From: Escherichia coli
Lineage (GTDB): Bacteria; Pseudomonadota; Gammaproteobacteria; Enterobacterales; Enterobacteriaceae
Direction: 5' to 3' (one strand)
NCBI RefSeq assembly: GCF_017348835.2
Contig: NZ_CP071375.1
Length of the DNA: 64,000 bases
Positions 50,449 through 59,962 of the stretch are shown piece after piece; the first letter of the stretch is position 1; each line of letters begins with the position of its first letter. Below the pieces are notes generated by a model. The model was not told the DNA's origin. It ran no database searches and saw only the letters and a list, made by a program, of their open reading frames with translations. A program made the position numbers and the translations under genes.

Positions 50449-50611
50449 GCCGGATGGGGCGTTTACGTCGCATCCGGCAAGGAACAGACAAACAGTTTCA
50501 AACGCTAAATTGCCTGATGCGCTACGCTTATCAGGCCTACATGATCTCTGCAATATATTGAGTTTGCGTGCTTTTGTAGGCCGGATAAGGCGTTCACGCC
50601 GCATCCGGCAA
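50449..50611. repeat. BIME: three REP palindromic units downstream of glnS
   Basis: Units at about 50449-50480, 50512-50541 and 50577-50611 in alternating orientation. Confidence 0.7.
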
Positions 50612-50629
50612 GAAATATGCAAACAATCC

Positions 50630-50656
50630 AAAACGCCGCGTTCAGCGGCGTTTTTT
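50630..50656 (+). terminator. Rho-independent terminator after glnS
   Basis: aacgccgc-gttca-gcggcgtt followed by a T-run. Confidence 0.75.
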
Positions 50657-51010
50657 CTGCTTTTCTTCGCGAATTAATTCCGCTTCGCAATTTATCCATA
50701 AAATAAATTTAAAATCACGAAACATAATTAAATAAAATGTAACCGCTTTCATCTTGCTGGAATTTCACGCTTTTATTCTTCTGCAAGCCTTTCAACGGCA
50801 AACTTAAGCCTTGTAACAAAAATCATCAAAATATGTGCGGTTGCTCATGTTCTTACATTCTGGTTACAGAAAGAGATTGATAATTCGCGTCGCGAAAAAT
50901 AGTCTGTTCCTGTAGTCAGCGAGACTTTTCTCAACGCTACTTTTTTAATTTTTATTTTTTTCGCTGTTCACCTTTGGTGCAGCAATTTATACGTCAAAGA
51001 GGATTAACCC

Positions 51011-52417
51011 ATGCGTACGTTTAGTGGCAAACGTAGTACGCTGGCGCTGGCTATCGCCGGTGTTACAGCAATGTCGGGCTTTATGGCAATGCCGGAGGCT
51101 CGCGCCGAAGGATTCATCGACGATTCAACCTTAACCGGCGGTATCTATTACTGGCAGCGTGAACGCGACCGTAAAGATGTTACCGACGGCGACAAATACA
51201 AAACCAACCTTTCTCACTCCACCTGGAATGCCAACCTCGATTTTCAGTCTGGTTATGCTGCTGATATTTTCGGCCTTGATATTGCCGCGTTTACGGCGAT
51301 TGAAATGGCGGAAAACGGCGACAGCTCTCACCCGAACGAAATCGCGTTTTCAAAAAGTAATAAAGCCTATGACGAAGACTGGTCCGGCGACAAAAGCGGT
51401 ATAAGCCTGTATAAAGCAGCGGCCAAATTTAAATACGGTCCGGTTTGGGCGAGGGCAGGTTATATTCAGCCAACCGGTCAGACGCTGTTAGCGCCGCACT
51501 GGAGCTTTATGCCAGGTACTTATCAGGGGGCGGAAGCCGGAGCGAATTTTGATTACGGCGATGCCGGTGCGTTGAGTTTCTCCTACATGTGGACCAATGA
51601 ATACAAAGCGCCGTGGCATCTGGAAATGGATGAGTTTTATCAGAACGATAAAACCACCAAAGTTGATTATCTGCACTCCCTTGGGGCGAAATACGACTTC
51701 AAAAATAACTTCGTACTGGAAGCGGCATTTGGTCAGGCGGAAGGGTATATCGATCAATATTTTGCCAAAGCCAGCTACAAATTTGATATCGCCGGTAGCC
51801 CGTTAACCACCAGCTACCAGTTCTACGGTACCCGCGATAAAGTTGACGATCGCAGCGTCAACGACCTTTATGACGGCACCGCCTGGCTGCAAGCGTTGAC
51901 CTTTGGTTACCGGGCGGCTGACGTAGTGGATTTGCGCCTCGAAGGCACCTGGGTTAAGGCTGACGGTCAGCAGGGATACTTCCTGCAACGTATGACTCCA
52001 ACCTACGCTTCCTCGAACGGTCGCCTGGATATCTGGTGGGACAACCGTTCCGACTTTAACGCTAACGGCGAAAAAGCGGTTTTCTTCGGTGCGATGTATG
52101 ACCTGAAAAACTGGAATCTTCCAGGCTTCGCCATCGGCGCTTCCTACGTTTACGCATGGGATGCTAAACCTGCGACCTGGCAGAGCAATCCGGATGCGTA
52201 CTACGACAAAAACCGGACTATTGAAGAGTCTGCCTACAGCCTGGATGCGGTCTATACCATTCAGGACGGTCGCGCCAAAGGCACGATGTTCAAACTGCAC
52301 TTCACCGAATACGACAACCACTCCGACATCCCAAGCTGGGGCGGTGGTTACGGCAACATCTTCCAGGATGAGCGTGACGTGAAATTTATGGTAATCGCAC
52401 CATTCACCATCTTCTGA
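51011..52417 (+). CDS. chiP: Chitoporin (OprD-family outer-membrane porin)
   Basis: 468 aa; signal peptide, C-terminal aromatic residue (...FTIF). Confidence 0.93.
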   Translation: MRTFSGKRSTLALAIAGVTAMSGFMAMPEARAEGFIDDSTLTGGIYYWQRERDRKDVTDGDKYKTNLSHSTWNANLDFQSGYAADIFGLDIAAFTAIEMAENGDSSHPNEIAFSKSNKAYDEDWSGDKSGISLYKAAAKFKYGPVWARAGYIQPTGQTLLAPHWSFMPGTYQGAEAGANFDYGDAGALSFSYMWTNEYKAPWHLEMDEFYQNDKTTKVDYLHSLGAKYDFKNNFVLEAAFGQAEGYIDQYFAKASYKFDIAGSPLTTSYQFYGTRDKVDDRSVNDLYDGTAWLQALTFGYRAADVVDLRLEGTWVKADGQQGYFLQRMTPTYASSNGRLDIWWDNRSDFNANGEKAVFFGAMYDLKNWNLPGFAIGASYVYAWDAKPATWQSNPDAYYDKNRTIEESAYSLDAVYTIQDGRAKGTMFKLHFTEYDNHSDIPSWGGGYGNIFQDERDVKFMVIAPFTIF

Positions 52418-52466
52418 TGCCCGACGCGGCAGGTTTTGTGCCTGCCGCACGTTTGAGGAATTTGCT

Positions 52467-52793
52467 ATGAAAAAACTGATTCTCATCGCCATAATGGCAT
52501 CGGGGCTGGTGGCTTGTGCGCAATCAACCGCGCCACAGGAAGACAGCCGTCTGAAAGAGGCATACAGCGCCTGTATCAACACCGCACAAGGTTCGCCAGA
52601 AAAAATTGAAGCCTGCCAGAGCGTGTTAAACGTGCTGAAGAAAGAGAAACAACATCAGCAGTTTGCCGACCAGGAAAGTGTACGCGTACTGGATTATCAG
52701 CAGTGTCTGCGTGCAACGCAAACCGGAAATGATCAGGCGGTGAAAGCCGATTGTGATAAGGTCTGGCAGGAAATACGCAGTAATAACAAATAA
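52467..52793 (+). CDS. chiQ: Lipoprotein ChiQ
   Basis: 108 aa; lipobox LVAC. Confidence 0.9.
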   Translation: MKKLILIAIMASGLVACAQSTAPQEDSRLKEAYSACINTAQGSPEKIEACQSVLNVLKKEKQHQQFADQESVRVLDYQQCLRATQTGNDQAVKADCDKVWQEIRSNNK

Positions 52794-52832
52794 GTGAGAG
52801 CTGTAACTCTCGCTTTTCTTATTTCCCTTGCA

Positions 52833-52863
52833 TAAAAAAGCCAACCCGCAGGTTGGCTTTTCT
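52833..52863. terminator. Bidirectional terminator between chiQ and fur
   Basis: aaaaaagccaacc-cgca-ggttggctttt; A-run and T-run on either side. Confidence 0.75.
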
Positions 52864-52876
52864 CGTTCAGGCTGGC

Positions 52877-53323
52877 TTATTTGCCTTCGTGCGCATGCTC
52901 ATCTTCGCGGCAATCGCCTTCGGCACAGTGACCGTAAAGATAGAGACTGTGGTTAGTCAGGCGAATGCCATGTTTTGCGGCAATTTCACGCTGACGCGCT
53001 TCGATGGAGTCATCACTAAATTCGATTACCTTGCCGCAGTCGAGGCAGATCAGGTGATCGTGGTGATGTTGCTGTGTCAGTTCAAATACGGATTTACCGC
53101 CTTCAAAATTGTGGCGGGTGACGATACCAGCATCGTCAAACTGGTTCAGTACGCGATATACCGTAGCCAGACCAATTTCTTCACCCATATCGATCAGACG
53201 TTTGTATAAATCTTCCGCACTGACGTGATGGTTGTCCGGCTCCTGAAGAACTTCCAGGATTTTTAAACGAGGAAGCGTTACTTTCAGGCCAGCTTTCTTT
53301 AGGGCGGTATTGTTATCAGTCAT
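52877..53323 (-). CDS. fur: Ferric uptake regulator
   Basis: 148 aa; HHDH...CxxC metal-site motifs. Confidence 0.97.
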   Translation of the reverse strand: MTDNNTALKKAGLKVTLPRLKILEVLQEPDNHHVSAEDLYKRLIDMGEEIGLATVYRVLNQFDDAGIVTRHNFEGGKSVFELTQQHHHDHLICLDCGKVIEFSDDSIEARQREIAAKHGIRLTNHSLYLYGHCAEGDCREDEHAHEGK

Positions 53324-53402
53324 GCGGAATCTGTCCTGTTACTAAGCGGTTCACTTCATTAGAAGAAGTGACAGAATTTGCTCTTGAGATAATGCGTATC
53401 AT
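53316..53402 (-). CDS. uof: uof, 28-codon upstream ORF translationally coupled to fur
   Basis: Translation MIRIISRANSVTSSNEVNRLVTGQIPHD; its stop overlaps the fur start; present as the C-terminal part of track ORF 53316..53552. Confidence 0.75.
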   Translation of the reverse strand: MIRIISRANSVTSSNEVNRLVTGQIPHD

Positions 53403-53406
53403 TATA
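53388..53406 (-). promoter_or_regulatory. Fur box at the fur promoter, overlapping the uof start codon
   Basis: Minus-strand tataATGATACGCATTATC matches the Fur-box consensus; the ATG is the uof start. Confidence 0.7.
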
Positions 53407-53611
53407 GAATTGCCACGCCTAAATGAAAACCACAAGTCCCTGGCAAATATTGTTAATAAAAACGTGGCACAGCTTACATTTACAACAGCAAGGCCACTTG
53501 AACACCGGGACATTGTACAGGTACAACAGCAAAAGTTACAAATTTGTAGCAATTATTTTGATTGGCATTATCTATTAATACGGCGTAGACATGAGTCTAC
53601 GCCGCATCACA

Positions 53612-54142
53612 TCAGGCATTGAGAATTTCGTCGAGATGCAACTCTTCAGAAATCTGTTTAACCCATTTTTCTACACGTTCAGCGGTCAGTTCCGGCTGAC
53701 GGTCTTCGTCGATAGCCAGACCGACAAAGTGGTCGTCATCTGCCAGACCTTTTGATGCTTCGAAATGATAGCCCGCAGTTGGCCAGTGACCAACGATGGT
53801 TGCACCGCGCGGTTCAATGATGTCGCGGATGGTGCCCAATGCGTCGCAGAAATATTCGGCGTAATCTTCCTGGTCACCACAACCAAACAGCGCAACCAGT
53901 TTGCCATTGAAATCAATCTCTTCGAGAGTCGGGAAGAAGTCATCCCAGTCACACTGCGCTTCGCCGTAATACCAGGTTGGGATGCCCAGCAGCAGAATGT
54001 CATAAGCTTCCAGATCTTCTTTGCTGCTTTTTGCAATGTCATGGACATCGGCAACGTCTTTACCAAGCTGTTTTTGAATCATTTTTGCGATATTTTCGGT
54101 ATTACCGGTGTCGCTGCCGAAAAAGATGCCAGTGATAGCCAT
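53612..54142 (-). CDS. fldA: Flavodoxin 1
   Basis: Start at the internal ATG 54142 ([16 protein letters not shown]..., 176 aa); ORF-track start at 54259 is too far upstream. Confidence 0.95.
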
Positions 54143-54281
54143 GAGTGAAATAACCTCTTGAAACTTATTGAAATGGGGGTGGAAAATTGCCCACGGATAA
54201 AGGCAATCATAGCAGAACAGGCAGTCTTGCGGAATCAGCAAACGAGCAGGACTGCACACTGTGCTACATGAAAGTGGAAAT

Positions 54282-54575
54282 TTAAACGATGCCCTGACTA
54301 CGCAGCGCCGCCAGTTGCTGCATTAACATCTCTTCGATCAGTTCGCTACGGCTCATATTGCGCGACTCCGCCAGCTCGTTCAGCGCCTCGACAGCTTCCG
54401 CGTTCAGCTTCAGTTCGACACGCTTAAGGCCTCGTACTTTGTCGCGTTTTAGCTGGTTGCGTTTATTAATACGCAGCTGTTCATCGCGCGAAAGCGGATT
54501 AGTTTTCGGTCGTCCCGGTCGACGCTCGTGCGCGAACAGATCTAATGTCGTACGGTCCGTTTGTTCTTTGGCCAT
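54282..54575 (-). CDS. ybfE: Small ribbon-helix-helix-like protein YbfE
   Basis: Start taken at [10 protein letters not shown] (97 aa); basic N-terminus, C-terminal RHH-like segment. Confidence 0.8.
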   Translation of the reverse strand: MAKEQTDRTTLDLFAHERRPGRPKTNPLSRDEQLRINKRNQLKRDKVRGLKRVELKLNAEAVEALNELAESRNMSRSELIEEMLMQQLAALRSQGIV

Positions 54576-54714
54576 GATCTTGGTGACTTCGGGGGAAACA
54601 ATCAGCCAGGCCTCTGCCCGGATGGATAGCGCGCCATAATACATCAGCGCGATGAGTCACGCCAACGCCCACGCGCGGAAAGCGACGCGGACGCTGGGTT
54701 TTTAATCAGTTGCG

Positions 54715-55479
54715 TTAATCATTGAGATAGCGACGGATAGCGCGTAATACCGCATCCGGTTTTTCAGCATGGACCCAGTGACCCGCGCCTGCAATCACAT
54801 GCGCCCGTGCCTGTGGAAATTGTGCCAGTAAATCATCACGGTACTGCTCGCTAACATAAGGAGAATTGCCGCCAGGGATAAACAGGGCAGGGTGATCCCA
54901 TGCCGGGATTTTCTCCCAACCCACAATATGCGGATACTGATCCCACAATACCGGCACGTTAAAGCGCCACTCCCCGTCAACAAAAGATTTCAACAGAAAC
55001 TGAATCACCCCTTCTTCATTAAGATGCTGGCGCATTATTGCTGCTGCTTGCTGGCGAGTTTGTGCGTCCGATTCACTGACCGCGTTGATAGCCGCGAAAA
55101 TCTCATCATGACGGCGTACGTGATAGTCGACCGGTGCGATATCGATCGCCACCAGTTTATCGATGCGATCGGGGGCCAGTGCAGTAAGTGCCATTACCGC
55201 TTTACCGCCCATGGAGTGACCGATAAATGTTGCTTTGTCGATCTGCTGTGCATCCAGAGTATCAACAAGATCCTGGGCCATCGCCGGGTAATTCATTACC
55301 GGATCTCTCGGTGAAAGACCGTGGTTACGCATATCAACCTGGATGATATTGTGATCGTTTACCAGATCGCGAGCCAGTACGCCAAGGTTGTCGAGGCTGC
55401 CAAATAGACCATGGACAAGAACGATGGGAGAATTATTGTGCTGGTTTTGTGCAGTTTGCGCGCGGATATTCAATTTCAT
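54715..55479 (-). CDS. ybfF: Alpha/beta-hydrolase esterase YbfF
   Basis: 254 aa; GHSMGG nucleophile elbow. Confidence 0.93.
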   Translation of the reverse strand: MKLNIRAQTAQNQHNNSPIVLVHGLFGSLDNLGVLARDLVNDHNIIQVDMRNHGLSPRDPVMNYPAMAQDLVDTLDAQQIDKATFIGHSMGGKAVMALTALAPDRIDKLVAIDIAPVDYHVRRHDEIFAAINAVSESDAQTRQQAAAIMRQHLNEEGVIQFLLKSFVDGEWRFNVPVLWDQYPHIVGWEKIPAWDHPALFIPGGNSPYVSEQYRDDLLAQFPQARAHVIAGAGHWVHAEKPDAVLRAIRRYLND

Positions 55480-55663
55480 GGCAAAGTTCTTTTTTTCGCG
55501 TTGTCGGGTTAGGGTATTATGTTGACCATTGTGCCACAGGGCTGCAACAAATAAGGTTTATTCCGAGTTTTTCTGCAAGCCAGGCTTGACGCTATCCGCT
55601 GCCGGGATTTATTCATATACTCCTGGCGACTTGTATTCAGCTAAGACACTGCACTGGATTAAG

Positions 55664-56209
55664 ATGAAAACGATTGAAGTTGATGATGAACTCTACAGCT
55701 ATATTGCCAGCCACACTAAGCATATCGGCGAGAGCGCATCCGACATTTTACGGCGTATGTTGAAATTTTCCGCCGCATCACAGCCTGCTGCTCCGGTGAC
55801 GAAAGAGGTTCGCGTTGCGTCACCTGCTATCGTCGAAGCGAAGCCGGTCAAAACGATTAAAGACAAGGTTCGCGCAATGCGTGAACTTCTGCTTTCGGAC
55901 GAATACGCAGAGCAAAAGCGAGCGGTCAATCGCTTTATGCTGCTGTTGTCTACACTATATTCTCTTGACGCCCAGGCGTTTGCCGAAGCAACGGAATCGT
56001 TGCACGGTCGTACACGCGTTTACTTTGCGGCAGATGAACAAACGCTGCTGAAAAATGGTAATCAGACCAAGCCGAAACATGTGCCAGGCACGCCGTATTG
56101 GGTGATCACCAACACCAACACCGGCCGTAAATGCAGCATGATCGAACACATCATGCAGTCGATGCAATTCCCGGCGGAATTGATTGAGAAGGTTTGCGGA
56201 ACTATCTAA
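55664..56209 (+). CDS. seqA: Replication-origin sequestration protein SeqA
   Basis: Start at the internal ATG 55664 ([11 protein letters not shown]..., 181 aa). Confidence 0.95.
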
Positions 56210-56234
56210 AACGTTGCAGACAAAGGACAAAGCA

Positions 56235-57875
56235 ATGGCAATCCACAATCGTGCAGGCCAACCTGCACAACAGAGTGATTTGATTAACGTCGCCCAACTG
56301 ACGGCGCAATATTATGTACTGAAACCAGAAGCAGGGAATGCGGAGCACGCGGTGAAATTCGGTACTTCCGGTCACCGTGGCAGTGCAGCGCGCCACAGCT
56401 TTAACGAGCCGCACATTCTGGCGATCGCTCAGGCAATTGCTGAAGAACGTGCGAAAAACGGCATCACTGGCCCTTGCTATGTGGGTAAAGATACTCACGC
56501 CCTGTCCGAGCCTGCGTTCATTTCCGTACTGGAAGTGCTGGCAGCGAACGGCGTTGATGTCATTGTGCAGGAAAACAATGGCTTCACTCCAACGCCTGCC
56601 GTTTCCAATGCCATCCTGGTTCACAATAAAAAAGGTGGCCCGCTGGCAGACGGTATCGTGATTACACCGTCCCATAACCCGCCGGAAGATGGTGGTATCA
56701 AGTACAATCCGCCAAATGGTGGCCCGGCTGATACCAACGTCACCAAAGTGGTGGAAGACAGGGCCAACGCACTGCTGGCCGATGGCCTGAAAGGCGTGAA
56801 GCGTATCTCCCTCGACGAAGCGATGGCATCCGGTCATGTGAAAGAGCAGGATCTGGTGCAGCCGTTTGTGGAAGGGCTGGCCGATATCGTTGATATGGCG
56901 GCGATTCAGAAAGCGGGCCTGACGCTTGGCGTTGATCCGCTGGGCGGTTCCGGTATCGAATACTGGAAGCGTATTGGCGAGTATTACAACCTCAACCTGA
57001 CTATCGTTAACGATCAGGTCGATCAAACCTTCCGCTTTATGCACCTTGATAAAGACGGCGCGATCCGTATGGACTGCTCCTCTGAGTGTGCAATGGCAGG
57101 CCTCCTGGCACTGCGTGATAAGTTCGATCTGGCGTTTGCTAACGACCCGGATTATGACCGTCACGGTATCGTCACTCCGGCAGGTTTGATGAATCCGAAC
57201 CACTACCTGGCGGTGGCGATCAATTACCTGTTCCAGCATCGTCCGCAGTGGGGCAAAGATGTTGCCGTCGGTAAAACGCTGGTTTCATCTGCGATGATCG
57301 ACCGTGTGGTCAATGACTTGGGTCGTAAACTGGTAGAAGTCCCGGTAGGTTTCAAATGGTTTGTTGATGGCCTGTTCGACGGCAGCTTCGGCTTTGGCGG
57401 CGAAGAGAGCGCAGGGGCTTCCTTCCTGCGTTTCGACGGTACGCCGTGGTCCACCGATAAAGACGGCATCATTATGTGTCTGCTGGCGGCGGAAATCACC
57501 GCTGTCACCGGTAAGAACCCGCAGGAACACTACAACGAACTGGCAAAACGCTTTGGTGCGCCGAGCTACAACCGTTTGCAGGCAGCTGCGACTTCCGCAC
57601 AAAAAGCGGCGCTGTCTAAGCTGTCTCCGGAAATGGTGAGCGCCAGCACCCTGGCAGGTGACCCGATCACCGCGCGCCTGACTGCTGCTCCGGGCAACGG
57701 TGCTTCTATTGGCGGTCTGAAAGTGATGACTGACAACGGCTGGTTCGCCGCGCGTCCGTCAGGCACGGAAGACGCATATAAGATCTACTGCGAAAGCTTC
57801 CTCGGTGAAGAACATCGTAAGCAGATTGAGAAAGAAGCGGTTGAGATTGTTAGCGAAGTTCTGAAAAACGCGTAA
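56235..57875 (+). CDS. pgm: Phosphoglucomutase
   Basis: Start at [10 protein letters not shown] (546 aa); phosphoserine loop TPSHNP. Confidence 0.95.
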
Positions 57876-57893
57876 ACACATTAAATAATAAAT

Positions 57894-57919
57894 ATCCTCC
57901 GGCATAGCCGGAGGTTTTT
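57894..57919 (+). terminator. Rho-independent terminator after pgm
   Basis: cctccgg-catag-ccggagg followed by T5. Confidence 0.7.
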
Positions 57920-58600
57920 CAAATGCGCCTATAAGGCTCTCTTACCAGCCGCGCCCTAACAGGCGCACACGATCTGACATTTGCATCCAACTTCGTTACT
58001 TACGGCCCGTAAACGGGCTGCCCGGATAGGGAATCGATAACTGCTCTACCATTTTATCCTCTTCAAGCTGGTGCTTTATGTAATCCTGTATCTTCGCCGT
58101 GTTCTTACCCACTGTATCGACGTAGTACCCTCTGCACCAGAACTCCCTGTTCCTGTATTTGAATTTCAAATCACCAAACTGCTCGTAAAGCATCAGACTG
58201 CTTTTCCCTTCCAGATATCCCATAAAGCCGGATACGCTCATTTTGGGCGGGATCTCCACAAGCATATGGATATGATCTGCACAGCATTCAGCTTCCAGAA
58301 TCCGTACACTTTTCCACTCACACAGCTTTCTCAAAATACTGCCTATTGCTCTACGCTTCTCTCTGTAGAACACCTGTCTTCGATATTTTGGCGCAAAAAC
58401 TATGTGATATTTACAGTTCCATCGGGTGTGCGCTAAGCTCTTTTCGTTCCCCATTGGGACCCCCTTTTGATTTCTTGTTTGACACTTGCAGTTGCCAGAC
58501 CGCAAGGTGTTTTAACAAATCAAAAGGGGTTTTAATAACTGGCTCAAAGCTGAAAGCTTTCCGGAACCCCCAGCCTAGCTGGGGGTTTTCTGTGCACAAG
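57900..58600 (-). mobile_element. IS200-family insertion sequence (IS200/IS605 family), boundaries approximate
   Basis: Contains an IS200-type Y1 transposase gene; the 5' side has a perfect hairpin (58566-58588) and a long-range inverted repeat (58461-58471 / 58527-58537) around the tnpA RBS; size is about 0.7 kb. Confidence 0.6.
57996..58454 (-). CDS. tnpA: IS200-type Y1 (HUH) transposase TnpA
   Basis: 152 aa from MGNEKSLAHTRWNCKYHIVFAPKYRR...; HUH motif HIHMLV and catalytic Tyr region; closely resembles Salmonella IS200 TnpA by recall. Confidence 0.85.
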   Translation of the reverse strand: MGNEKSLAHTRWNCKYHIVFAPKYRRQVFYREKRRAIGSILRKLCEWKSVRILEAECCADHIHMLVEIPPKMSVSGFMGYLEGKSSLMLYEQFGDLKFKYRNREFWCRGYYVDTVGKNTAKIQDYIKHQLEEDKMVEQLSIPYPGSPFTGRK

Positions 58601-58631
58601 AAAAAGGGCGGTCGCAAGATCGCCCTTTTTT
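58601..58631 (-). terminator. Rho-independent terminator of speF-potE
   Basis: Minus-strand hairpin gggcgatcttgcgaccgccc flanked by A6/T5, immediately after the potE stop. Confidence 0.75.
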
Positions 58632-58642
58632 ACTTTGCTTTT

Positions 58643-59962
58643 TTAACCGTGTTTATTTTTCAGTTCAAAGCGTGGTGATACCAGACCATACAGTGTCCAA
58701 CCGAGGAAGGTCACGATAGAACCGTACAGCATGGCTTCTTCCCCGGATGAGTACAGCGCATAGAAACTGTACATCGCGCCAACAAAAGCAACAAAGTTTG
58801 CAACTTTCGCTTTTGAGGGGGGCACATTAGCGACCTTTTGAATAATGACTAATGCCGCCATTGACAGAATATACGGAATGATATTGGTCACCACGGCCAG
58901 GTTAACCAGCACGTTGAACTGACTGTTTAGCGACGGGCTAATCGTCATCAGCGCCAACCCGCTCTGGATAATCACAATGGTCAACATTCCCTGCACCGGT
59001 GCATCCACTTTGGTTACACGGGAGAAAATTTTAGGGAAGTAGCCTTCATCAGATGAAGATTTAAACACCTGGGCAATGGTGAACTGCCAGCCAAGTAGCG
59101 AACCGCAGCAGGACATCACCATCAGCGCCATAATGACTTTACCCACTTCCGGCGTGAACATCTGCGCGAAGGCCAGACCAAATGGTGCCGTTGAATTTGC
59201 CAGCTCCATATTTGGCACAATCCCGGCAATCACGTTGGTGGAGACGATATAAATCACCGCCGCACCTAACGTACCGCCGAGTACCGCGATTGGCACATTA
59301 CGTTCCGGGTTTTCCACTATATCAGTATTTGCACACGCAGACTCCAGACCAAGAAAAGCCCACAGCGTCATAGCGATGGAAGAACCTACCGCACTGAAGA
59401 ACGGTGCATGATGCGGATTCCAGGAATCAACGTACAGCGTCGGGCTAAACCAGAACCAGCCAATAATGCACAGACCGACGACCGGAATAATGACCCCCCA
59501 CACGGTAATGCTACTGATTTGCCCGGTAATGCGCGCACCACCAAAGTTAGCCACGGTACAAATCCACAGCACCCCGATGGTCGCAAGACCAATCTGCACT
59601 GGCGACAAACTCGCGCCGAGCAGTTCGGTGCCGTAACCAACCGCCGAAATAGCAATCGCGACGTTAGCAATCAGCAGTGAGACGCCGTAGGTATAGTTCG
59701 CCATAAAGTTACCGGATTTACCGAAAGCATACTCGGCATAACCGCCCATACCGCCTGATTTACGGCTGAACATACCGCATTTTGCGAATGCCCATGCCAG
59801 TGCCATTGAGCCTACGGCTGTCACCAGCCAGGAGATAATTGAGATTGTCCCGACTTCGGCAAGCTTTGTCGGCAGCATGATGATACCGGAGCCCATCATG
59901 TTGACCATCGTCAGTATGGTTAACTGAACGACGCCCATTTTGTTCGATTTAGCCTGACTCAT
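58643..59962 (-). CDS. potE: Putrescine/ornithine antiporter (APC family)
   Basis: 439-aa 12-TM transporter matching PotE. Confidence 0.95.
   Translation of the reverse strand: MSQAKSNKMGVVQLTILTMVNMMGSGIIMLPTKLAEVGTISIISWLVTAVGSMALAWAFAKCGMFSRKSGGMGGYAEYAFGKSGNFMANYTYGVSLLIANVAIAISAVGYGTELLGASLSPVQIGLATIGVLWICTVANFGGARITGQISSITVWGVIIPVVGLCIIGWFWFSPTLYVDSWNPHHAPFFSAVGSSIAMTLWAFLGLESACANTDIVENPERNVPIAVLGGTLGAAVIYIVSTNVIAGIVPNMELANSTAPFGLAFAQMFTPEVGKVIMALMVMSCCGSLLGWQFTIAQVFKSSSDEGYFPKIFSRVTKVDAPVQGMLTIVIIQSGLALMTISPSLNSQFNVLVNLAVVTNIIPYILSMAALVIIQKVANVPPSKAKVANFVAFVGAMYSFYALYSSGEEAMLYGSIVTFLGWTLYGLVSPRFELKNKHG

Noticed and set aside
56202-57239. 345-aa ORF antisense to pgm
   Set aside because: Antisense artefact inside pgm.
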